NCBI GenBank assembly: GCA_021808365.1
Contig: JAKBBU010000002.1
Location: forward strand, 13,703 to 77,702
Source of the DNA: Pseudomonadota bacterium
GTDB taxonomy: Bacteria; Pseudomonadota; Gammaproteobacteria; JAKBBU01
Direction: 5' to 3'
Length of the DNA stretch: 64,000 bases
Notes under the pieces: model-generated
The model's database searches: none
What the model was told of the DNA's origin: nothing
What the model saw: only the letters and a program-made list of their open reading frames with translations
Part shown: piece after piece, positions 1 to 10,184 of the stretch
Layout: each line of letters opens with the position of its first letter
Position numbering within the stretch: position 1 is the first letter of the stretch
Program-made: the position numbers and the translations under genes

Positions 1-367
1 TATTAAAATCACAACTTAAAAAAGAATCTCCATAAATGACAAAAAAATTATCGCTTAACTGATCCAATGTTTTTTTAATCGCTCCAGCCGTGCCCAATAA
101 TTTTTCCCCATCATAGGAAAACTGAACATCTAAATTAAAACAATGCTGCTTTTCTTCAACATAGCTTTGTATTTGCTCACCTAGAAACCCAGTACAAATA
201 ACAACCTGCTCTATACCCTGCCGCTCGAAACATTTTAATTGATGATGGATAAACGGCTTTCCTGCAATTTCAATCATTGATTTTGGCAATGTTGCTGTCA
301 TCGGCCGCAACCGGGTTGCTAAACCGCCAGCCAAAACAACAATCGATAAAGGCTGCTTTTCTTTCAT
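1..367 (-). CDS. Sugar-phosphate nucleotidyltransferase (NTP_transferase domain), partial; the CDS continues beyond the window start
   Basis: Own reverse-strand translation from the ATG at 367..365 gives MKEKQPLSIVVLAGGLATRLRPMTATLPKSMIEIAGKPFIHH..., a classic G-x-G-x-R nucleotidyltransferase N-terminus. The ATG overlaps the TGA of the upstream GHMP kinase (ATGA). It is absent from the ORF track because it runs off the edge. Confidence 0.55.
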   Translation of the reverse strand, partial: MKEKQPLSIVVLAGGLATRLRPMTATLPKSMIEIAGKPFIHHQLKCFERQGIEQVVICTGFLGEQIQSYVEEKQHCFNLDVQFSYDGEKLLGTAGAIKKTLDQLSDNFFVIYGDSFLSCDFN

Positions 368-1344
368 TGAACCAACACCTGCGTACCCCCAAAGTCAAAT
401 TGGAAACGGACTTCCTTCATCCCTGCTCGGCTCATCGCATGACGCAAGCAGGTTTTATCTTCTGTATAAAACATTAAAAATCCGCCACCACCTGCACCAA
501 TCATTTTCCCACCTAGCGCGCCATTTTTTAGCGCCACATCATATAATTCATTGATGTGATGGTTTGACATATTGTTAGAACGTTGCTTTTTATACTCCCA
601 ATGCATATTCATTAAATCAGCAAACTCGTGCAAATTATCATGCTCTAAAGCTGTTTTAATGTTCAAACCCAATTCTTTAACAAAATGCAGATTATCGATC
701 ATGGATTGATTTCTCTGCTTACTTTGATCATCTTGTTCTTTTAAAATAGCAGAAGCAGAGCGAGTATACCCAGTAAAGAATAACATCAAATTTTCTTCTA
801 AATTATGCAGAGTCTCTTCAGAAACTTTCAAAGGATAGGCCTGTACAGCACCCGTTTTATCAAATTCAAAGCAAGTTAGACCACCATAAGCGGCAATAAA
901 TTGATCTTGTTTTCCGATAGGTTCTTTTAGAATATTTAATTCAATATGACAAGCTTCCTCTGCTAAACGGTGAGGGTGGATAATTTGTTTTTTCAACGTG
1001 TGCAAAGTCTGTAATAAGGCTGTCGTAAAACTGCCCGATGAACCTAACCCCGTACCCGCTGGTATATCAGCCATACTCGCTAATTCAAGGTAAGAAGGTT
1101 CTACACCCACGTGGCGTAGCGTTTCTCTAATGATAGGATGTTTAATATCATCAATTTGATTGACTCGTTCTAATTGCGAATATTTAACAATCAAATCATC
1201 CATAAATGTTTGGTGTGCCGTGATATACACATATTTATTAATAGCTGCCGCAATTAAAAATCCACCATGCTCTTGGTAATAAGAAGGCAGATCCGTACCG
1301 CCACCACCAATGGATATACGCAAAGGACTACGCGTAATGATCAT
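364..1344 (-). CDS. GHMP-family sugar kinase (D-glycero-D-manno-heptose 7-phosphate kinase HddA-like)
   Basis: ORF track protein; the likely true start is MIITRSPLRISIGGGGTDLPSYY (GHMP N-terminal motif). It also has the PAGTGLGSSGS and GAGGGGF motifs. Confidence 0.8.
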   Translation of the reverse strand: MIITRSPLRISIGGGGTDLPSYYQEHGGFLIAAAINKYVYITAHQTFMDDLIVKYSQLERVNQIDDIKHPIIRETLRHVGVEPSYLELASMADIPAGTGLGSSGSFTTALLQTLHTLKKQIIHPHRLAEEACHIELNILKEPIGKQDQFIAAYGGLTCFEFDKTGAVQAYPLKVSEETLHNLEENLMLFFTGYTRSASAILKEQDDQSKQRNQSMIDNLHFVKELGLNIKTALEHDNLHEFADLMNMHWEYKKQRSNNMSNHHINELYDVALKNGALGGKMIGAGGGGFLMFYTEDKTCLRHAMSRAGMKEVRFQFDFGGTQVLVQ

Positions 1345-2317
1345 AACCCGAACTCCTGTATATCTTCTCAACGATCTTTAAGGCCTGTTGTGCATCGTGC
1401 AACCCCGCATCAGGCACACGGTGCTCCTGAATATCTAACATAAAACGATCCCACTCTTGCTGCCAAGAATGATCCGCCATCGGATATTCCCAGGCATAAG
1501 TCTCTGGCGGCCCCATTTCAGGTAACATTTTGTAGAATATGATTTTTTCCACACCATAGCTTCCGCCTAAGCCACTGAGTTCAATTTTACCTTTTTTACC
1601 GTAAATTTCCAAAGAAAATGTATTTTTCCATTCCGTACAGCTCACATGAATGTGAGCTGCTTGCTGCGTTGAGGTGCGCAACAAAAGAAAAGCATTGTCA
1701 TCCACAGGCATATCCCAATAATACGTATGGGCAAACCCTTCAATCTGTTCAAATTCCCCAAAAAACCAACGAGCTAAATCAATCAAGTGCACCCCTTGAT
1801 CAATCAATTCACCACCGCCAGAAAGCACAGGATCAGCCCGCCATTCACGGTCGTAACCCAAACGACCTCCATGACCATAGCGGCCACGTAAAAACATGAG
1901 CTCACCTAACTCGCCAGCCTCTATAAGCTGCTTCGCTTTTTGCAATGATCGATGATAACGATGATTAAAACCCACACGCGCACAAAGTTTTTTCGTCGTA
2001 GCAACTTGCAATAAAGGCGTTAATTCGTGCGCAAAACGCGCTCCCGGTTTTTCAATTAAAATATGTTTACCGGATTGCAAAGCGGCCAATCCGATTTCAG
2101 CTAACAAATGATGCGACACTGAAATGATCACGACATTAATGGCTGGATCATTCACTAAATCTTGCCAATCACCATAAGATTTTGCACCAGGATACACTGC
2201 GGCTAACTGTTCAGCCCGTTTAATATCAAGATCGCAGCAAGCCCGCAATTGGCCACTGGCTAATGTTTTTGCCCGTTTTTCACCAATGAATCCACAACCA
2301 ATGATACCCACTTTCAT
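1328..2317 (-). CDS. Gfo/Idh/MocA family NAD(P)-dependent oxidoreductase
   Basis: MKVGIIGCGFIGEKRAKTL Rossmann N-terminus. The ATG at 2317 overlaps the stop of the upstream SDR gene (ATGA). Confidence 0.8.
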   Translation of the reverse strand: MKVGIIGCGFIGEKRAKTLASGQLRACCDLDIKRAEQLAAVYPGAKSYGDWQDLVNDPAINVVIISVSHHLLAEIGLAALQSGKHILIEKPGARFAHELTPLLQVATTKKLCARVGFNHRYHRSLQKAKQLIEAGELGELMFLRGRYGHGGRLGYDREWRADPVLSGGGELIDQGVHLIDLARWFFGEFEQIEGFAHTYYWDMPVDDNAFLLLRTSTQQAAHIHVSCTEWKNTFSLEIYGKKGKIELSGLGGSYGVEKIIFYKMLPEMGPPETYAWEYPMADHSWQQEWDRFMLDIQEHRVPDAGLHDAQQALKIVEKIYRSSGYDHYA

Positions 2318-3192
2318 ACGTTTTGACCCCAAGTCTTCCCTCGCTCAGTCGGAACAATACGTCGTAAGGTATAAATATCGGTCTGCCTCAATTCAGTTTT
2401 ATACGTTTGCAAATCTTGCCATGGATCCCATATTGCACTAATGAGTTTACCTGTAATTCCATCGCTGGCGGCGGAGCCTAAATAACAACATAGGGCAGCT
2501 CCTTTTTCCAAAGGTGCTCCACCCGATGCTTTTTGCTGCAAGGATTGCTTATAAAATTGAGCACCTACTTTTTCAGGACCTGCTTCTAAAATTTCATCCA
2601 ACAAACGCGTATTTAAGGCACCCGGCGCAATGGTATTCACATCAATATGATGTTCAACCAATTCTTCTGCAAGCGTTTCCGCAAAACGAACCACGGCTGC
2701 TTTTGAAGTTGCATAAGCACTTAAATTAGGCATGGGTTTTGTCGCACCACCACCTGAAAGAATAATAATTTTTCCATATTTTTTTTGCTTAAAATAAGGT
2801 AATACTTCACGACATTGTAAAACCACACCTTTAACATTAATGTCAATTGCGGCAGACCATTCATCCCAATCAACCTCTTCAATCGGCCCTTTAGGTCCAT
2901 AAATGCCCGCATTCGCAACTAAGATATCCAGTGTTCCAAAATGCTTGTGTGTTGCTTGAACCCAGTTTTTGACAGAAATCGGATTGGCAATATCAGCTGT
3001 TTGAGAAAAAATTGCTTCTTCGCTTTTATTAAATTTTCGCTTTAATTCTGCTGTTGCGGCTATTAATTTTTCTTGGTTTCGCGCACATAAAGAAACTTTT
3101 GCCCCTTGAGCCAAAAACGCTTCGGCAACCGCCAAACCAAATCCTTGATTAGCCCCGCTAATCAGCACGACTTTATTCTTAAGCGACATCAT
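2314..3192 (-). CDS. Short-chain dehydrogenase/reductase (SDR) family oxidoreductase
   Basis: KVVLISGANQGFGLAVAEAF glycine-rich NAD(P)-binding motif, SDR length, operon context. Confidence 0.8.
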   Translation of the reverse strand: MMSLKNKVVLISGANQGFGLAVAEAFLAQGAKVSLCARNQEKLIAATAELKRKFNKSEEAIFSQTADIANPISVKNWVQATHKHFGTLDILVANAGIYGPKGPIEEVDWDEWSAAIDINVKGVVLQCREVLPYFKQKKYGKIIILSGGGATKPMPNLSAYATSKAAVVRFAETLAEELVEHHIDVNTIAPGALNTRLLDEILEAGPEKVGAQFYKQSLQQKASGGAPLEKGAALCCYLGSAASDGITGKLISAIWDPWQDLQTYKTELRQTDIYTLRRIVPTERGKTWGQNV

Positions 3193-4480
3193 GACACCCC
3201 ACTTTGTAATAAATACAGCCCTTTTGCTGCTTGATAAGCGGCTCTAAAAAACCCGTTGCATCAATAAAAACACAATCTTCTGAAATTTGCGCTAAATGTG
3301 TCTGTGTTAAATCCTTAAATTGTGGCCACCGTGTACCTAATATAACAACGTTCTGATTCACAAGTGCTCCATGATAATGATCCGATAAAGTCACTGACAA
3401 ATTTAAGCCTTCTGGAAGTTGCCGAACCCATGGATCATAAGCAGTTACAATCGCTTCATGCTTATTCAACCAATCAATCAGCTCAACCATTTCTGAACGC
3501 CTTAATGTATCGGTATCGGGCTTATAGGTTAAACCTAGAATAGCAATTTTTTTGCCTGCTAATTTTTGTAAAAAATGATTTAAAAGGGTCGATTTGATCC
3601 AATGTTTATGTTCCTGATTACTGGCCAAAATAGCAGGAAAAATATGTGATGGAAATTGAAACTGCTGACTTAATTCACATAAAAAATTGACATCGCGTGC
3701 CAGAGTACCGCCTGCAAACGCTTCACCCGGTCTTAAATACGCCCCTGGACCAATCCGCGCTTCTGATTTTAACCCTTGTTCAACTTCAAATGCATCCGCA
3801 CCTGTAAATTCACAAATCCTAGCCATTTCATTCGCAAAAGTAACCGATACCGCTAAAAAAGCATTTAAAGCATGTTTGGTCATTTCAGCTGAAGTAACGC
3901 GCATCCAAATTAACTGACTCGAAAATTGGTTTAAAAACTTTTCAAGCCTTGGCTTAGCTTCAACTTGATCAAGACCAATAACAATGCGTTCTGGATTTAA
4001 AAAATAATTAATCGATTTTCCTAAACGCAAATTTTCGGGTGAGTAAGCAAAACAGACTTGTTTTTGCGGAGAATGCTCTTGAAAAAGCCGTTGTAGTTTA
4101 TGCGTTGTTCCAACGGGAAGTTGAGAAGAAATTAAGACGATGCTACCTGTATTTAAATAGGGAAACAAATCCATAACTTGCTTTTCTACATAGGCCACAT
4201 CTGCTTGATCCTGATCATTAACGGGTGTGTCAAATGTGATCCAAATTAAATCAGCATCTTGCAGCGCTTTAAAATCATGACTAAAGCTTAAACGTCCTTG
4301 TTGCTGTTGCTGAGCCATTAACTCACTTAAACCAGGCTCAGAAACAGGCGGGCAATTATTTTCTAGTTGCCCAATCAAATGAACATCTGGATCGATGCCG
4401 ATCACTGAATATCCTTTTTCAGCGACACACGCTGCTGTCACGCAGCCTAAGTGCCATAGTCCAACAACAGCAACCTTCAT
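3179..4480 (-). CDS. UDP-glucose/GDP-mannose dehydrogenase family nucleotide-sugar dehydrogenase
   Basis: MKVAVVGLWHLGCVTAACVAEKGYSVIGID N-terminus and about 430 aa length typical of the UDPG/MGDP dehydrogenase family. Confidence 0.85.
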   Translation of the reverse strand: MKVAVVGLWHLGCVTAACVAEKGYSVIGIDPDVHLIGQLENNCPPVSEPGLSELMAQQQQQGRLSFSHDFKALQDADLIWITFDTPVNDQDQADVAYVEKQVMDLFPYLNTGSIVLISSQLPVGTTHKLQRLFQEHSPQKQVCFAYSPENLRLGKSINYFLNPERIVIGLDQVEAKPRLEKFLNQFSSQLIWMRVTSAEMTKHALNAFLAVSVTFANEMARICEFTGADAFEVEQGLKSEARIGPGAYLRPGEAFAGGTLARDVNFLCELSQQFQFPSHIFPAILASNQEHKHWIKSTLLNHFLQKLAGKKIAILGLTYKPDTDTLRRSEMVELIDWLNKHEAIVTAYDPWVRQLPEGLNLSVTLSDHYHGALVNQNVVILGTRWPQFKDLTQTHLAQISEDCVFIDATGFLEPLIKQQKGCIYYKVGCHDVA

Positions 4481-4481
4481 A

Positions 4482-5444
4482 TTAACGTTCCTCTAAAACC
4501 CATTGGTTATTTCGTAGATATTGCAAGGTTCTTAAAATGCCTTGTTTGATGGTTAATTGAGGTTTCCAACCTAATTTTCTAATTTTACTACAATCTAAAA
4601 ATATAAAAGGATTATCACCAATCCAACCACGCTCACCGCCTGAATAAGTTTTTTCAGGTGTTAGTCCTAAACCTTCACAGATCCAATCGATAGAATTATT
4701 CACTTCACAATATTCATCGGTCCCCAAATTGAAAATATTCACTTTATCTTGTGCATGTTCGATCGCAAATTGCATCGCGCTGATACAATCTTGTATATAG
4801 AGATATGATTTACGTTGTTTACCATTGCCTAAAATATGTAATTTTTTCGGATCGTTTAATAATTGTTTATAAAAATCAAACACATGCCCATGAGTGTATC
4901 GCTCACCTAAAATAGAAACAAAGCGGAAAATATAGCCTTGAAAGCCAAAACCTTCACAATAAGCTGAAATAAGACCTTCGCCAGCTAATTTTGAAGCCCC
5001 ATAAAGAGATGTTTGAATAGGAAACGGGGCCCTTTCAGGAGTTGGAAATGTTTCTGCTTCACCATACACAGAACCCGTTGAAGAAAACGCTATGCGTTTA
5101 ACACCATTTGCACGCATCGCTTCTAATACATTAAATGTCGCTATTGTATTTTGTTGCAAATCCTTCGCAGGATGTTCGATACCAAAACGAACATCCGCGT
5201 TCGCCGCCAAGTGAAAAACAAAATCTATATCCTTCATCGATTTTTTTAAATTTTCGGCATCCAGGAGGTCACCTTGGATCAAGGTAAAATGGGTATGCTC
5301 TTGGGCTTGCTCTAGAAAACGGTTAAATCCTGTCGAAAAATTATCGTAAACAATAACTTTATGGCCTTGGTTTAGAAGAGCATCCACTAAATTACTACCA
5401 ATAAATCCGGCACCACCGGTTACAAAATAAACACTATTTGTCAT
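4482..5444 (-). CDS. NAD-dependent nucleotide-sugar epimerase/dehydratase
   Basis: VYFVTGGAGFIGSNLVDALL Rossmann motif and a YGASK catalytic YxxxK. Confidence 0.85.
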   Translation of the reverse strand: MTNSVYFVTGGAGFIGSNLVDALLNQGHKVIVYDNFSTGFNRFLEQAQEHTHFTLIQGDLLDAENLKKSMKDIDFVFHLAANADVRFGIEHPAKDLQQNTIATFNVLEAMRANGVKRIAFSSTGSVYGEAETFPTPERAPFPIQTSLYGASKLAGEGLISAYCEGFGFQGYIFRFVSILGERYTHGHVFDFYKQLLNDPKKLHILGNGKQRKSYLYIQDCISAMQFAIEHAQDKVNIFNLGTDEYCEVNNSIDWICEGLGLTPEKTYSGGERGWIGDNPFIFLDCSKIRKLGWKPQLTIKQGILRTLQYLRNNQWVLEER

Positions 5445-5466
5445 AAAAAAAATCTCCTTCCATACT

Positions 5467-5624
5467 TAGAGCCTGTTTAAAATCTTCCTATCTTGGCCAT
5501 AAGTCGTTGTTTTTCTGTGCTCCGTTGCTCTTTACCTCAAGTAAACTCCGCTACGGTGCTCGAAAAATCAACGCCCTTGGAATAGGATAGGCTGTCACAA
5601 GCTAGTTGATTTTAAACAGGCTCT
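5467..5624. repeat. Palindromic intergenic element: 17-18 bp inverted repeats (tagagcctgtttaaaatc / gattttaaacaggctctg) separated by about 125 bp, lying between the epimerase and GT2 genes
   Basis: Read directly in the sequence at 5467-5484 and 5608-5625; 17 of 18 positions are complementary. Confidence 0.5.
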
Positions 5625-6587
5625 GGACCATCCCAAACTGAAATAACGTCTACAGAGTGAAAACTCTCTGCGGCTTCTAATAAAAAGAACCCTTAGAAAA
5701 ATAAGAAAAAATTTAACTCCATAACGAGAATAAGCTTGTTTGAAACAATCTTTAGATAAAAAAGATTGGTCAGAAAACAAACTTAGTACGATAATGTAAA
5801 CATAGTTTCGTTGCAATGCGTTTTCAACAACCATAGTTTCTTTTTGGCTTAACGTCTTACTCGTTAAAAATTCTTTTAAAATTTGTGTTTTTTGTGAAAG
5901 CCCCATCAATTTATTTTTTAAATTATTGCCTGAGGTCAAAGAATTTGAATGCACTAAAAAATTGTACCCTACTGTTTCATCAATGCTATTTTTTAAATTT
6001 TTACTTGATAGCCGTAACATGAGCTCAAGATCTGCACTTAAAGAATAATTTTTCATGTTTTCTCCTTCTTGGAAAAAACCATGTTGCTGATAAATGACTT
6101 TTTTGACAAATCGGCTATTAGGTAAAGGTAATTCACAAATTGCTTTTAAATTTAAAGTGTAATATCGTTTGTGAAAAATTTCCCCTGGCGTAATCACACC
6201 ATCTTTCTCAGAAAGAAAATGCAATTGCGTACCGACTGTAACCACATCAACATCGGGTTGTTCTACAAAAATCTGCCCTACTCGAGATAATATCCCTGCG
6301 CTCAACCAATCATCCGCACTCAACATACCAATGATGTCGCCTTGAGCAATCTTAAGCGCTTTATTATAAGCATCATAAGCACCTTTATCTTTGACGCCTG
6401 AAATGAGTTTAATCTTATTACCATATTTTTTAAGTATCTCTAAAGTGCCATCGGTAGAACCCGCATCCATAACAATATATTCTAGAACAGGATAATTTTG
6501 GGCTAACACACTATCTACTGCTTTCTCAATAAAGCGTGCTCCATTAAGTACAGGTGTGATGAGTGTAATCATAGGAAAATCACTCAT
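5595..6587 (-). CDS. Family 2 glycosyltransferase
   Basis: ITLITPVLNGARFIEKAVDSVLAQNYPVLEYIVMDAGSTDGT is a GT2 N-terminal motif. The C-terminal tail reads into the palindromic element, so the exact 3' end is uncertain. Confidence 0.8.
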   Translation of the reverse strand: MSDFPMITLITPVLNGARFIEKAVDSVLAQNYPVLEYIVMDAGSTDGTLEILKKYGNKIKLISGVKDKGAYDAYNKALKIAQGDIIGMLSADDWLSAGILSRVGQIFVEQPDVDVVTVGTQLHFLSEKDGVITPGEIFHKRYYTLNLKAICELPLPNSRFVKKVIYQQHGFFQEGENMKNYSLSADLELMLRLSSKNLKNSIDETVGYNFLVHSNSLTSGNNLKNKLMGLSQKTQILKEFLTSKTLSQKETMVVENALQRNYVYIIVLSLFSDQSFLSKDCFKQAYSRYGVKFFLIFLRVLFIRSRREFSLCRRYFSLGWSRACLKSTSL

Positions 6588-7369
6588 GATTCAACCTTTG
6601 CTTGATTCATATTTTTTATAAATTCTTGAATTACTTGTGCCGATGTTTTTAAGCACTCGGGTATTAGTACATTTATTTTATCACTATTGATATTTTGCGT
6701 TTGATATTCATACTCACCAAAGCTTGCGATTTTTTGATGGTGATCAGCAACCTCTTGCAACGTGATATTATCTTTGGCAACAAAGTTATAAATTCCCGTT
6801 AGCTCACGCTCCAAAGCATATTGAATAAATTTGACTAAATCTGCGTGTAATACATAATTAAATGTTGATTGACTTGCCAAACTCAAAACAGGCTGTTCAT
6901 AGGTCAATAGCTTAATGAGACTATTAGGTCGTGAATAAGGACCCAATAACGCTGAGGGTCTGATAATCAAAGATTGCGGGATTTTACTTTGAATATATTG
7001 TTCTGTAAGGTATTTAATTTGGCCATAAACTGTTTTTATTTGACTGATATCGATAATATCATCTTCTTTATATACTGTTGTATGATCTTGTGGATAAACA
7101 TCAATGGTTGAAATAAACACAAAACGGTGTGCTGGCAATGCTAATAATTTCTCTGTCAATATCAGGGTATCTGCTAAATATTGCTGGAAATTATTCTTCA
7201 TCGTGTTGGTATCTGTATTCCAAGCACAATGAACAATGGCATCTAAAACCTTGCCATCCCGGCCCATGTCTTGCCAATGGCTGCCACGATGCAACCCCTG
7301 TGCTTGCAATTTTTCACAGCAATATCGACCAAGGCCGCTTTTCGATCCACTGACAAGGATATTTTGCAT
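6584..7369 (-). CDS. NAD(P)-binding sugar epimerase/reductase-like protein (short extended-SDR)
   Basis: N-terminal VSGSKSGLG glycine-rich motif and YGQIK (YxxxK). ATGA overlap with the GT2 gene. Confidence 0.6.
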   Translation of the reverse strand: MQNILVSGSKSGLGRYCCEKLQAQGLHRGSHWQDMGRDGKVLDAIVHCAWNTDTNTMKNNFQQYLADTLILTEKLLALPAHRFVFISTIDVYPQDHTTVYKEDDIIDISQIKTVYGQIKYLTEQYIQSKIPQSLIIRPSALLGPYSRPNSLIKLLTYEQPVLSLASQSTFNYVLHADLVKFIQYALERELTGIYNFVAKDNITLQEVADHHQKIASFGEYEYQTQNINSDKINVLIPECLKTSAQVIQEFIKNMNQAKVES

Positions 7370-7380
7370 TATAAAACCTT

Positions 7381-8706
7381 TTATACTTTTTCCACGATCT
7401 TTTCTGTTCGATTTTTTGCTGATGGATGTCTTTGTGTTTCCATAAACTGATGGATGATATCCACAACAAATTGGGCAGCAGTTTGATCAAGCTCATGATG
7501 GCAGCCGATACCAAAACCACGCTGCATAATGCGATCAGAAACACTCATATCTCCAGCAGTTCTATGTTGATACATGGTTAAAGCTGGATGTCTAGCCATA
7601 TTACCGGCGATAATAGGGCGTGTTTCAACTTTATTGGTTTGTAAATATTGCGTAATGTCTTTAACCGTAAAAGGCGCATTTTCTTTAACCACAATAGGAA
7701 ACCCGAACCAAACGTGCTTACCTTTTGGTGTTTCAGATTGAAACTCAAATACATCACTGTATTGATGTAATTCACGCAAGAAAAAAGAGGCTGCCTTTCG
7801 CCTGACGTCAATCAGGCTTGCTAATTTAGGTAATTGAACTTGACCGATTGCACCCTGTACTTCAGTGGGTCGCAAATTATAGCCCAAATTGATAAAAATA
7901 AAGCGTGGATCAATATTTGGATATTTTTCAACATATTTTTTATGCTCATCAGCTTCTCTTGACCAACCGTGCGCCCTCAATATACGCAGCGTTTCAGCGA
8001 TATCGAAATCATTGGTGACCGTAATTCCACCTTCCAATGTTGTAATATGATGAGAAAAGAAAAAACTTAAATTACCCATGATCCCAAATGTGCCAACAGC
8101 TCTACCATCAAATTCAGCACCCATTGCTTCACAACAATCTTCAATAACGAATAAATTGTATTTTTTAGCCAAACTCATAATGGCATCCATGTCACATGGA
8201 TTACCATAGACATGCACTAACATGATCGCTCGTGTCTTGGGTGTAATGGCCGCTTCTAATTTAGCCAAATCAAAATTAAATGTTTTTGGATCACAATCTA
8301 CAAAAACCGGCGTTAATTGATGCTGAATAATTGGCCAAACCGTTGTCGACCAGGATAAACAAGGCACAATCACTTCATCGCCAGGTTTCAAGTAATTGGG
8401 CGTAACAGGATTACTTAAGGCGGCAATCGCTAGTAAATTTGCCGAAGAACCCGAATTAGACATCACCCCATATTGATGGCCAAAATGTCTGGCATACTGT
8501 TCTTCAAAAGCACGCACTTTCTTGCCCATTGTTGTATAGGTCGACAGCATTGTTTCGGTTGCGACATAAATTTCTTCGGCTCCAAAGGTAGGTTCTTGCA
8601 AGCGTACTGTTGGATGTTCGCTGTTAAATTTAAAATCATGGTTGGCATCACAATAGGCTTTAATGCTATTGTAAATGTTTTTTAATAAGTCGTCTTTATC
8701 ACTCAT
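7381..8706 (-). CDS. DegT/DnrJ/EryC1 family PMP-dependent sugar 3-dehydratase (ColD-like GDP-4-keto-6-deoxy-D-mannose 3-dehydratase)
   Basis: SNSGSSANLLAIAAL and a SFFFSHHITTLEGG segment. The position normally holding the Schiff-base Lys (SF..TK..) is His-His here, as in ColD/E1 dehydratases. AHGW motif present. Confidence 0.7.
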   Translation of the reverse strand: MSDKDDLLKNIYNSIKAYCDANHDFKFNSEHPTVRLQEPTFGAEEIYVATETMLSTYTTMGKKVRAFEEQYARHFGHQYGVMSNSGSSANLLAIAALSNPVTPNYLKPGDEVIVPCLSWSTTVWPIIQHQLTPVFVDCDPKTFNFDLAKLEAAITPKTRAIMLVHVYGNPCDMDAIMSLAKKYNLFVIEDCCEAMGAEFDGRAVGTFGIMGNLSFFFSHHITTLEGGITVTNDFDIAETLRILRAHGWSREADEHKKYVEKYPNIDPRFIFINLGYNLRPTEVQGAIGQVQLPKLASLIDVRRKAASFFLRELHQYSDVFEFQSETPKGKHVWFGFPIVVKENAPFTVKDITQYLQTNKVETRPIIAGNMARHPALTMYQHRTAGDMSVSDRIMQRGFGIGCHHELDQTAAQFVVDIIHQFMETQRHPSAKNRTEKIVEKV

Positions 8707-8755
8707 GTTTTTTCCTCAGTACGTTGTATGATATGGATAAGTTAAATTTAAAATA

Positions 8756-9862
8756 TTATTCTACAGGAACCCAAGCAATGCGATCACGCGGTTTATTATG
8801 CACAGGTTGCTTCATATCTGGCGCAGATGAATTTAAGTGGTGATAATTGCGATTTGCCAGCTCAGAAGGTATATATCGCGGCGAATCATAAAATATAATT
8901 TGTGATCCACTGTTCTCAAACTGAAATGGCACGTGCAATAAATGAGGTAAGGCAGCTTTAATTGCAGTATGCTGTTCTGGTTTGGCGAAAAATAATATAA
9001 ATCCACCACCGCCTGCACCTAAAATTTTTCCGCCCAACGCTCCTGCACTTATAGCTTTTTTATAAACTTCATCAATAAAGCTAGTACTAATTTTATCAGT
9101 TAAACTCCGTTTTAATTGCCACGCTTCATGTAATAAATGCCCAAAGTCGGCAATGTCATTTTGTTTCGTGACAATATCAATTCCTATATCAACCATAGCT
9201 TGCATTTGATGTAGTTCTTGCTCTTTTTTTGCAATGGCTTTGATTTTTTCCCCAGCAATTTCAGAAGCTGTTCGCGATAACCCCGTAAAAAATAAAAGCA
9301 AATGATCTTGAAAATTTTTTAACCGTGCTGGCGGTAAAATCAGAGGGTTTACGGTAAATTCGCCATTTTTATGAATATCAATTTTGTTGAGGCCTCCATG
9401 GGCCGTTTGGATCTGATCTTGAACGCCAACATTTTCTTTCAAAAGATCTCGCTCAATGTGTACTGCTTCACAAGCTAACTCTCGCTTACCGATCATCCGA
9501 CCCTGCGCGGCATAGAGTGCGTGTAACAACCCTACTGTGAATGCAGAGCTCGATCCCAACCCTGAACGGGCAGGCAAATCACCCTGATGGGAAATTTCAA
9601 CCCCATGACCGATTTTTAAGTATTCTAATGTGGCACGTACAGAGGGATGTTCAATCAAGTGGTGCGCTGTAACTTCTTCAACTTTAGACCAAACAATACG
9701 TGACGTGTGTTTGAAAAATGGTGGTAAAGTTCTGACGGTAATATAACAATAATGGTTAATGCTGGTTGCAAATACGGCTGCGCCGTGTTGCTGATACCAA
9801 GGATGATAATCTGTACCGCCACCTAAAAATGAAATACGGTATGGTGTACGGCTAATAATCAT
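8756..9862 (-). CDS. GHMP-family sugar kinase (second copy, about 368 aa)
   Basis: MIISRTPYRISFLGGGTDYHPWY GHMP N-terminus. The ATG at 9862 is preceded by a perfect AAGGAG RBS. The longer ORF track start (10027) is rejected. Confidence 0.8.
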   Translation of the reverse strand: MIISRTPYRISFLGGGTDYHPWYQQHGAAVFATSINHYCYITVRTLPPFFKHTSRIVWSKVEEVTAHHLIEHPSVRATLEYLKIGHGVEISHQGDLPARSGLGSSSAFTVGLLHALYAAQGRMIGKRELACEAVHIERDLLKENVGVQDQIQTAHGGLNKIDIHKNGEFTVNPLILPPARLKNFQDHLLLFFTGLSRTASEIAGEKIKAIAKKEQELHQMQAMVDIGIDIVTKQNDIADFGHLLHEAWQLKRSLTDKISTSFIDEVYKKAISAGALGGKILGAGGGGFILFFAKPEQHTAIKAALPHLLHVPFQFENSGSQIIFYDSPRYIPSELANRNYHHLNSSAPDMKQPVHNKPRDRIAWVPVE

Positions 9863-10184
9863 ACTTGCTCCTTGGAAGTAAGTTAATCCTGCATCTTCAG
9901 CTGATAAAACTTCGCCTAAAATGAATGGATAAAAAGCTTCGCTCAAGTTCTCAGCTTTATTTTTATTGAGCATGTTGGCGAAGTACCTTTGACCACTTTC
10001 TTTAAAGACTCGCAGGCAATTTTCCATAAATTTTAGTGGTTAACACCCGCCGATAGCCTAGAATACTACAAAATTTTACTAGCATCTGTCAATAAAACTT
10101 CCATTAGTATATAGTTGAGAATCCTGCTTGGGTTATGCTATTGTAACTCTTTTATATTAAAATTAATACGACGTTTAATCAAAA

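Noticed and set aside
1618-1899. Short plus-strand ORFs (1618-1899, 2514-2729, 3687-3917, 7129-7445, 8473-8685) within the LPS genes
   Set aside because: Antisense or out-of-frame overlaps of strongly supported minus-strand enzymes. They have no RBS and odd composition.
9863-10027. N-terminal 55-aa extension of the second GHMP kinase in the ORF track
   Set aside because: The internal ATG at 9862 has a perfect AAGGAG RBS and begins exactly at the conserved GHMP N-terminal motif (MIISRTPYRISF).
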